NCBI GenBank assembly: GCA_039801565.1
Contig: JBDRUX010000067.1
Span: 1-13,879, forward strand
Length of the DNA stretch: 13,879 nucleotides
Direction: 5' to 3'
From: a candidate division WOR-3 bacterium
GTDB taxonomy: Bacteria; Hydrothermota; Tepidihabitantia; Tepidihabitantales; JAOUPE01
In this document: piece by piece, positions 7,776-13,879 of the stretch
How positions within the stretch are numbered: position 1 is the stretch's first letter
How the letters are laid out: every line of letters starts with the position of its first letter
Translations under genes and position numbers: made by a program
Notes under the pieces: generated by a model
Seen by the model: only the letters and a program-made list of their open reading frames with translations
The model's database searches: none
What the model was told of the DNA's origin: nothing

Positions 7776-10700
7776 ATGCTTGGTAAAAAAACCTTAATCG
7801 CTACTCTTCTGGCATCAATTCTTTTCCTGGCAGGTACCGCTTTTGCTGCGGTGCAGTGGGATCCGGATACGCTTTTAACGACTAACGATAACTCGGACTA
7901 CACTGCCCAATCCAATCAGCACAATATTGTGATTGACAATCAAGGAAGAATTCATATTGTCTGGTGGTGGAGCAGACCTTATGGCGCCGCTGATAGAAAC
8001 GAGATTCGTTATAAACGATATACCCCTGGTTTTGGTTGGTCTGACGACACGACTCTAACTCCTGAGGCTATTGCCGGCAATCACAGTTACCCTTCTCTGG
8101 CTTTAGACCCTTCAGGTGTTTTACATCTCGTCTGGCAACATATCCCTTCCGGTGCGAATTACAATATTTATTACAACACCTGTAACCCGGTTGGCACAGG
8201 CAATGGTGGCTGGGGTACTCCTCAAATTATCTCAGTAAATCCAGTGAGTTATCGAAAGTTTTATCCCAACATCGCCTGTTCGCCAAATGGTAATATTCAT
8301 GTTGTCTGGCGGGAACGGGCACCTATTTCGCCACCGACCTATTATATTGCATATCGGGAGAAAACCGGCGCCGGTTGGCAAACAGAAGTTAGAATTGACT
8401 CAAGTACTACCGATAAAAATTATCCAGCGGTCGTCTGTGACCAGAATAACAATGTCCATATCACTTGGCAGCGAGTGACAGCACCAACACAAATTATGTA
8501 TCGGGCTCGAATCGGTGGTTCGTGGCAGAGTATTGAAGCAGTTTCAGGAATAGCCACTGCTGACCAGACTTATCCTTCAATCGCGATTAATACTGCAACC
8601 AATAATCCCCATATTGTCTGGTATAGTGCTGGAACTCCACAGCGAATCGTCCACAAATACCGGACAACAACTTGGTCAGAAGCGGAAACATTGGGAGTGA
8701 CTGAAACCTATAACCAAGCCTATCCCCAAATTGTTAGCCGAACTGATAGCACAATGCATTGCATCTGGAATGGCTATTCAGTAAGTGCTGGCACCTATTC
8801 TAAGGTCCGTTATGCCGAACGCGCTGCTAATGGTGTATGGTCAACTCCAGAAAATTTGACTCCAGAATTGCCTGATATTGGTAGACTTTATCCCTCAATC
8901 ACTACTGATACTGCTAAGCATTTATATATTGTCTGGCAACAATGGGATGGAACAGACTTCGAAATCTGCTACAAGCATGGCGGACCATTAGCCGCGCCAG
9001 CAGTCACAGTCATAGCGCCGAATGGTGGTGAACTTTGGACAATTGGTTCAACTCAGTCAATAACTTGGAATAATACCGGTGGTCCTTCGGCTCTTGATTC
9101 AATTCTCTATTCAACTGACAATGGTTCAAGTTGGCTATTTATTAAAGATACCTTTGGTATAACCAGTGATTCTTGGTTAATACCTAACACCCCGACTACC
9201 CAAGCTCGAGTTAAAATTAAAGCAAGAAATGCTGCCGGGGTAAGCGAAGACCAGAGTGATAATCCATTCACCATTGGCTATCCAGCTCCGACTTTAACTG
9301 GTGTTGACCCTAACAGTGGTAATCGCTTACAGACGCTGGATGTAGTTCTTACTGGGACTAATTTTATTAGTGGTGTCAGTTCAGTTGATTTTGGACCTGA
9401 TATCACGATAAATTCGACAACAGTTAATAGTCCAACTCAAATCACGGCTAATATCACAATTTCGGCTTCCGCAGCAACTGGTCCGCGTGACGTCTCAGTG
9501 ACCAATAGTGGTCCTGGCGGCGGAACCGCAACCCTACCCAATGGCTTTACGGTTGGAACTGGTGGCGGCGGTGGTGGTGAACGGTGGGAACCAATGGCAA
9601 GTATTCCAACTGAAAAATCGGGGAAAAGTCCAAAGTCCGGAAGTTGTATGGTTGGTAGTGAAGCCACTAATAGAATCTACTTCTTGAAAGCCTCTAATAC
9701 TCAGGATTTCAATATCTATACAATCGACCCCAATGGCCAAGGCTCTTGGACAACCGAGACAATGCCTTTAGGCACCAAGCCAAAAGATGGCAAGAAACCA
9801 AAGAAGGGTGCATCAATAGCAGCTTACGGCGACTATGTCTATGTCCTACGCGGCAACAATACCCCTGGGTTCTGGCGTTATAAAGTTACTGACCCAACTG
9901 GCTGGGAAACATTACCATCAATACCACCTGGAACGAAGAATCCAAAAGATGGTTCTGGAATGGTTGCAGTAACTAAGGATGGCAACCCCTATCTCTTTGT
10001 GATGAAAGGTTCTAAGACCACCGAATTCTATCTCTATGACATCACCAATAAGAGTTGGTCATCAGCCCTCACTGCCCCGCCAACTGGACCAAGTGGCAAA
10101 ACTGGCTACAAGAAGGGCTCTTGTCTTGCCTACGACGGTGATACTTGGGTTTATGTGATGAAAGGTCAATATGGCGATTTCTTCCGCTATAATCTTTCAA
10201 ATGGTATTTGGGATACGACGCTAAAGCATTACAATTATAAGGCAATGCTTGGCCGCGGCAATAAGAAGAAAAAAATCGGCGAAGGTTCAGGATTGGTTTA
10301 TCATAACGGTATTCTCTATCTCTTAAAAGGTGGCAATACTCGCGAAGTTTGGTTCTACGATACAACCTGGAAACTACCTGATGATACGCTCTGGGATATT
10401 CCAGCTGGACCAAGTAAGAAACGGGTTAAAGGCGGCGGTGCATTGATTAAGTTCGCCAACTTCTTCTGGGCATCGAAAGGTAATAATACACCTGAATTCT
10501 ATCGGCACGGCTTGCCATCGCCAGTGATTGCTGATGTGACACCGACTCCAACCAATGAAGGCGTGACGGGCAAAGAAGTGGCTACGAGCGAATTCAAACT
10601 GACGATTGTCCCGAACCCAGCAATCAATCTCACGGCAATTCGTTACACCTTACCTGTAGCCGGACCGATTAACTTCAAACTCTACAATGTGGCGGGTGCG

Positions 10701-10844
10701 GTGGTTAAGACCTATAGCAATTCGACTCCGACCAAAGACGGTGTCCTCTTGCTTGACACCGAGGCGCTACCATCTGGTGTCTATATCCTGCGGTTCAATT
10801 CTGGTGATATAAGGGTTACAAGAAAGATTGTCTTAGAGAAGTAA
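7776..10844 (+). CDS. Large secreted multidomain protein: 7-repeat beta-propeller, two Ig-like domains (one IPT/TIG-like), Lys-rich Kelch-like propeller, T9SS type A sorting domain
   Basis: 1022 aa. SD GAAAGGAGGT; signal peptide ending AFA; seven YPxIxxDxxxxxHIVW-type repeats; VTVIAPNGGELW Ig-like domain; PTLTGVDPNSG...LTGTNF TIG-like domain; GTGGGGGG linker; six KGxNT-type Kelch-like blades; C-terminus VPNPA...LYNVAGAVVK...LPSGVYILRF...TRKIVLEK. Confidence 0.9.
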   Translation: MLGKKTLIATLLASILFLAGTAFAAVQWDPDTLLTTNDNSDYTAQSNQHNIVIDNQGRIHIVWWWSRPYGAADRNEIRYKRYTPGFGWSDDTTLTPEAIAGNHSYPSLALDPSGVLHLVWQHIPSGANYNIYYNTCNPVGTGNGGWGTPQIISVNPVSYRKFYPNIACSPNGNIHVVWRERAPISPPTYYIAYREKTGAGWQTEVRIDSSTTDKNYPAVVCDQNNNVHITWQRVTAPTQIMYRARIGGSWQSIEAVSGIATADQTYPSIAINTATNNPHIVWYSAGTPQRIVHKYRTTTWSEAETLGVTETYNQAYPQIVSRTDSTMHCIWNGYSVSAGTYSKVRYAERAANGVWSTPENLTPELPDIGRLYPSITTDTAKHLYIVWQQWDGTDFEICYKHGGPLAAPAVTVIAPNGGELWTIGSTQSITWNNTGGPSALDSILYSTDNGSSWLFIKDTFGITSDSWLIPNTPTTQARVKIKARNAAGVSEDQSDNPFTIGYPAPTLTGVDPNSGNRLQTLDVVLTGTNFISGVSSVDFGPDITINSTTVNSPTQITANITISASAATGPRDVSVTNSGPGGGTATLPNGFTVGTGGGGGGERWEPMASIPTEKSGKSPKSGSCMVGSEATNRIYFLKASNTQDFNIYTIDPNGQGSWTTETMPLGTKPKDGKKPKKGASIAAYGDYVYVLRGNNTPGFWRYKVTDPTGWETLPSIPPGTKNPKDGSGMVAVTKDGNPYLFVMKGSKTTEFYLYDITNKSWSSALTAPPTGPSGKTGYKKGSCLAYDGDTWVYVMKGQYGDFFRYNLSNGIWDTTLKHYNYKAMLGRGNKKKKIGEGSGLVYHNGILYLLKGGNTREVWFYDTTWKLPDDTLWDIPAGPSKKRVKGGGALIKFANFFWASKGNNTPEFYRHGLPSPVIADVTPTPTNEGVTGKEVATSEFKLTIVPNPAINLTAIRYTLPVAGPINFKLYNVAGAVVKTYSNSTPTKDGVLLLDTEALPSGVYILRFNSGDIRVTRKIVLEK

Positions 10845-10860
10845 CCCTAAGATAAAAAGT

Positions 10861-10897
10861 AACGGGGCTCGAGCAATCAAGCCCCGTTCTTATTTTT
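10861..10897 (+). terminator. Intrinsic (Rho-independent) terminator
   Basis: AACGGGGCT (10861-10869) / AGCCCCGTT (10880-10888) with a GCAA loop centre, followed by CTTATTTTT, 16 nt after the stop codon. Confidence 0.85.
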
Positions 10898-11028
10898 GTC
10901 AGGAGATGGCGTCTAAAGCGGATACTAAGGGTCAGCTCACGAAGTAGCCTGCGGGGTAGTCTCCGAAATCAGTAGTTAGTGGCTGGTGGTTGGGGCTTAG
11001 TGAAAATAAAGAAAACTTATTAGACGAA

Positions 11029-11244
11029 GCAGTATAGGAGCTAGCCTCCCAAGCGGCTTAGAGGACCGTCTACCAGGCTACTTCCCAGGTTGCTTCCCAA
11101 GTTGCCTACTGGGTTGCTTCCGAGGTCGCCTACGAAATTGCTCCCGAACTCGCTCCCTAACCAACCCAGAAAGCAACCTACCAAGCAACTTAGGAAGCAA
11201 TCTACGGAGTAGCTTAGGGAGTCGCCTACGGGGTCACCCCCTAT
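11029..11244. repeat. Degenerate 12-bp tandem repeat array (~18 units) with internal inverted symmetry
   Basis: In-register units such as gctacttcccag, gttgcttcccaa, gttgcctactgg, gttgcttccgag, gtcgcctacgaa ... gcaacctaccaa, gcaacttaggaa, gcaatctacgga, gtagcttaggga, gtcgcctacggg. GTTGC units in the left half mirror GCAAC units in the right half. Confidence 0.8.
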
Positions 11245-11460
11245 ACGATACCCCCTCCCTAATAGAAAATTAGCGTAACCGACGGAAAACCAAGAAGATA
11301 GACGAAAAAATCGGCCATTTTTAGGTTGAAATATATTTCAACTTTTTCTGGCACAAAACCTGTAAAATTTCGATTATAGAAATTTGGGGTTATTTCAATT
11401 AAGTAAAAGGGTTTGAGCGCTTTACAAGTTTTGTTTTTATTGCTAAAATTTTTACTTATC

Positions 11461-11976
11461 TCAAAACTTATCGTATGAGATTATTTCTGCCATTGATTTA
11501 CGGGGTCGCGCTTGAGGTTCTTGAGCTGGATAGCCAAGCGGCGTTAATGCAACCACTTTAACACCTTCGGGAATCTTTAAGATTCTTTTAACCTCAGCCT
11601 CTTTATATGCCCCAATCCAACAAGTGCCGAGGCCTTCATTGGCAGCCGCCAGGACTAAATGTTCAAAAGCAATCGTAACATCAACTTCTAATGATCGCCA
11701 GTAGCCCCCCATCCTGCCCCAAGCTTGGTCCTCTAAACCAACCGCACAGATAACAATTGGTGCTTCGGCGATAAATTGTTGGTTATTACAGGCTGGCACA
11801 AGTTCTTGAATGATTTGAGGGTCTTTGACAATAATAAATTTCCAAGGCTGGAGATTCTTAGCAGATGGGGCAATTCTTACCGCCTCCATTATTCGGTTCA
11901 AAACCTCATCCGGAATTGGATCTTTTTTATAAGCCCTTACACTTTTGCGTTTTTTTACTACTTCATAAAATTCCAT
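11461..11976 (-). CDS. Nitroreductase family protein (FMN-dependent)
   Basis: 171 aa. Motifs RKSVRAY, APSAKNLQPWKFIIV, LAAANEGLGTCWIGA, LGYP. SD AAGGAG. Confidence 0.95.
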   Translation of the reverse strand: MEFYEVVKKRKSVRAYKKDPIPDEVLNRIMEAVRIAPSAKNLQPWKFIIVKDPQIIQELVPACNNQQFIAEAPIVICAVGLEDQAWGRMGGYWRSLEVDVTIAFEHLVLAAANEGLGTCWIGAYKEAEVKRILKIPEGVKVVALTPLGYPAQEPQARPRKSMAEIISYDKF

Positions 11977-12006
11977 TGGTCTCCTTTTAAATTGTGCTTT
12001 AAAATG

Positions 12007-12080
12007 AGCGCCCGACGTGATTTGAACACGCGACCTGCGGATCCGGAGTCCGCCGCTCTATCCAACTGAGCTACGGGCGC
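12007..12080 (-). tRNA. tRNA-Arg (anticodon CCG), CCA not encoded
   Basis: Reverse complement GCGCCCGTAGCTCAGTTGGATAGAGCGGCGGACT-CCG-GATCCGCAGGTCGCGTGTTCAAATCACGTCGGGCGCT folds as a cloverleaf with a 7-bp acceptor stem, GCGGA/TCCGC anticodon stem and TTCAAAT T-loop. Confidence 0.96.
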
Positions 12081-12091
12081 AGTCAAGAATA

Positions 12092-12120
12092 AGTTTATAA
12101 ATTAAAATCTGATAAGTCAA
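12092..12120 (-). promoter_or_regulatory. sigma70-type promoter for tRNA-Arg
   Basis: TTGACT (12120-12115), 17 bp, TAAACT (12097-12092). Confidence 0.55.
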
Positions 12121-12181
12121 GACTTTTCAAAACGACTATTGACATCAGCCGAAATTTTATCAAAGTTAAATCGGAGGATTT

Positions 12182-12817
12182 ATGCAGAAGAATAAAATGT
12201 ATATTGCAATGATTAGCCTATTGGTGATAGTCTTTCTTATTGTCCTGAAAGCCCAACCAACTTCGGAACCAAGACCCGTCTCGGAAATAATCGTGCCAGA
12301 AACAGGAATCATTTTTAAGACCACCAGTGGTAAAATCCTATTGAAAATTTCGGCAAACGATAATGGCAGCGTTTTAAGTATTTGGAATAATCAAGAAAAG
12401 GTCGTTGCCGAAATTTCTGCCCAAAAAGATGGTGGCGAACTGATTATTAAAAATAATGACGAGACATTGGTCGGAAATCTCAAGGCTAAAGCTTATGGTG
12501 GCGAAATGGTAATTAACGACTTCCATAAACAAATTGCTTTACAACTTACCGCAACCGCCAAAGGGGGTGAATTAATAATCGGCAATGCTGTCGGCAATAG
12601 TGTTGCCAAAATATTCGCCAGTGATATCGGTAGCGGTTTTAATCTTAATGATTATAGTGGTAGGACCGCCATTGGAATGATTGGCGCAACATTTGGTGGG
12701 ATGATAAATTTCAATAATGATAAAGGTCGTCCGTTGGCCGTCATTTCGACAACCGCCCGGGGTGGTTCACTTGTTTTACTTGATAATCTCGGTAATACCA
12801 TCTGGTCGAAGCCGTAA
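12182..12817 (+). CDS. Hypothetical exported or membrane-anchored protein with seven 22-aa beta-rich repeats
   Basis: 211 aa. SD GGAGG; N-terminal hydrophobic helix; repeats such as GGELIIKNNDETLVGNLKAKAY; ends NTIWSKP. Confidence 0.8.
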   Translation: MQKNKMYIAMISLLVIVFLIVLKAQPTSEPRPVSEIIVPETGIIFKTTSGKILLKISANDNGSVLSIWNNQEKVVAEISAQKDGGELIIKNNDETLVGNLKAKAYGGEMVINDFHKQIALQLTATAKGGELIIGNAVGNSVAKIFASDIGSGFNLNDYSGRTAIGMIGATFGGMINFNNDKGRPLAVISTTARGGSLVLLDNLGNTIWSKP

Positions 12818-12819
12818 TT

Positions 12820-13341
12820 TTAGCTTGCACTGCCCATTGCACTTTCGACAAGACTTTTTACTGACAAGGCTAAACAGTAGTCGGGTAGCTGATTCTCCGG
12901 CCTTGGTGTTTCCTGTAGATTAATTTTCAAAATCGCTAGTGCCGGATAAGCACTATAATTTTTAATTAGAATATCCACCACTGTCTCTTCGGGTTTATCT
13001 TTATTGGCGATTATTGCCCGCACCATCGCTTGAAAAAGTTCGGTCACCGGATAACCCGTCGTCTCTTCAATCACAATGCAAGATTGAATCGTCGAAAGTT
13101 CGCTTTCCGGTTCTTCACCAGAACTAGCACGACGGTAAGCTTCTAAATACTCTTCTCGGAAAAAAACCAGCGCTATTTCCAATAAGTGGTCTTTTTGCTC
13201 TTGAGTCAAGTCCAATTTAAGAGTAGCCACAACACTATTTAGATTATTTTTTAACATTACTGGGATCTTATCTAAATTCTGACAAAAAAGATTGTAAATT
13301 TTTTGGGCATACAAAAGCCAGACTTTCTTGGGATTAATCAT
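12820..13341 (-). CDS. Hypothetical protein (likely cytoplasmic, alpha-helical)
   Basis: 173-aa ORF filling the gap, with a well-placed promoter directly upstream. No recognisable family. Confidence 0.7.
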   Translation of the reverse strand: MINPKKVWLLYAQKIYNLFCQNLDKIPVMLKNNLNSVVATLKLDLTQEQKDHLLEIALVFFREEYLEAYRRASSGEEPESELSTIQSCIVIEETTGYPVTELFQAMVRAIIANKDKPEETVVDILIKNYSAYPALAILKINLQETPRPENQLPDYCLALSVKSLVESAMGSAS

Positions 13342-13347
13342 TGAATA

Positions 13348-13375
13348 ATTATAAAATTCTGGTCGTGATTGTAAA
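13348..13375 (-). promoter_or_regulatory. sigma70-type promoter for the 173-aa gene (leaderless)
   Basis: TTTACA (13375-13370), 16 bp, TATAAT (13353-13348). The ATG begins 7 nt after the -10; no SD. Confidence 0.6.
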
Positions 13376-13422
13376 GACTTTCCCAGCTAAATGATTCGAT
13401 TACAACTTTTGCCCATTTGATA

Positions 13423-13450
13423 TTGACAAGAATTGATTTAATGATATAAT
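13423..13450 (+). promoter_or_regulatory. Consensus sigma70-type promoter for asnA
   Basis: TTGACA (13423-13428), 16 bp, TATAAT (13445-13450), with extended -10 TG. Confidence 0.8.
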
Positions 13451-13507
13451 AAAAAACTTTAAAAACTGAAAGTTAAGCAAACAAGAAGTAAACAAGGAGG
13501 CAAAACG

Positions 13508-13879
13508 ATGTTAGATAAAAAGGCTGACCTAGCCGGACCAGGAATTGGTAGTTATGAAGAATTAGAAAAAATTCTGCCCAACGACTATAAACCGCTCCTA
13601 AAACCGATGGAACGGATGGAAGCTTTGTTTGCGGTGAAAGAATACATCGAAAAGAAACTGTGTAAGGCACTCAATCTTAAGATGGTTCAAGTTCCGTTAA
13701 TTGTTGACAAGCAGAGCGGTGTCAATGATATGCTCGACCGTGACGGCTCACGCACCCCTATTGAGTTCCATATTTCGAATGATTACGATAAAAATCCCAT
13801 CGATGCCCAGATTGTGCAGGCAGCGACCAAATGGAAACGAGTTGCCTTAAAACAATTTGGCTGCAAAGTTGGGGAAGGC
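13508..13879 (+). CDS. asnA: Aspartate--ammonia ligase (asparagine synthetase A), 5' part; runs off the window
   Basis: Manual translation from ATG 13508 (SD AAGGAGG at 13494-13500): MLDKKADLAGPGIGSYEELEKILPNDYKPLL...LCKALNLKMVQVPLIVDKQSGVNDMLDRDGSRTPIEF...AQIVQAATKWKRVALKQFGCKVGEG. This matches the AsnA LNL..V..PL, G.ND.L and KWKR..L..GEG motifs. Confidence 0.9.
   Translation, partial: MLDKKADLAGPGIGSYEELEKILPNDYKPLLKPMERMEALFAVKEYIEKKLCKALNLKMVQVPLIVDKQSGVNDMLDRDGSRTPIEFHISNDYDKNPIDAQIVQAATKWKRVALKQFGCKVGEG

Noticed and set aside
7776..8990. Calling the N-terminal propeller a sialidase
   Set aside because: The repeats are propeller-like, but I cannot identify the RIP motif, arginine triad or repeated Asp-boxes, so function is left unassigned.
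11029..11244. CRISPR array
   Set aside because: Units are 12 bp, contiguous and degenerate, with no unique spacers, and there are no cas genes in the window.
11348..11362. Second sigma54-like box TGGCACAAAACCTGT
   Set aside because: The -12 GC is missing (CTGT instead of TTGC) and there is no plus-strand gene downstream.
12007..12080. tRNA as an integration site for a genomic island
   Set aside because: No integrase and no duplicated tRNA 3' end were seen in the window.
1581..13670. Remaining short ORFs in the track nested in or antisense to proS, hutU, the methyltransferase, the secreted-protein genes, nitroreductase/tRNA and asnA
   Set aside because: Shadow ORFs overlapping well-supported genes, with no recognisable motifs.

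Overview
This is a bacterial chromosomal window. The lineage is inferred to be FCB superphylum, most likely candidate phylum WOR-3, from the T9SS-like C-terminal sorting domains and a Lys-rich Kelch-like propeller. Housekeeping and accessory genes: a partial YVTN/YncE beta-propeller protein (absent from the ORF track), archaeal/eukaryote-type proS, a CvpA-family protein, a stand-alone hutU, an ICMT/PEMT-family membrane methyltransferase, a nitroreductase, tRNA-Arg(CCG), a 22-aa-repeat exported protein, a hypothetical protein and a partial asnA (absent from the ORF track). The centre holds two tandem secreted proteins (411 and 1022 aa) with T9SS-type C-termini. The most unusual signals are non-coding. 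(1) Both secreted-protein genes have ~200-nt leaders sharing a hairpin whose GGGTGG loop is complementary to a downstream CACCC tract, a candidate pseudoknot motif; each hairpin lies in a short uORF. (2) The first gene has a complete sigma54 promoter with upstream activator-like palindromes. (3) A degenerate 12-bp tandem array with internal inverted symmetry follows the second gene. (4) Most sigma70-type promoters have 16-bp spacers, and several housekeeping genes appear leaderless. No mobile element or CRISPR array was found.
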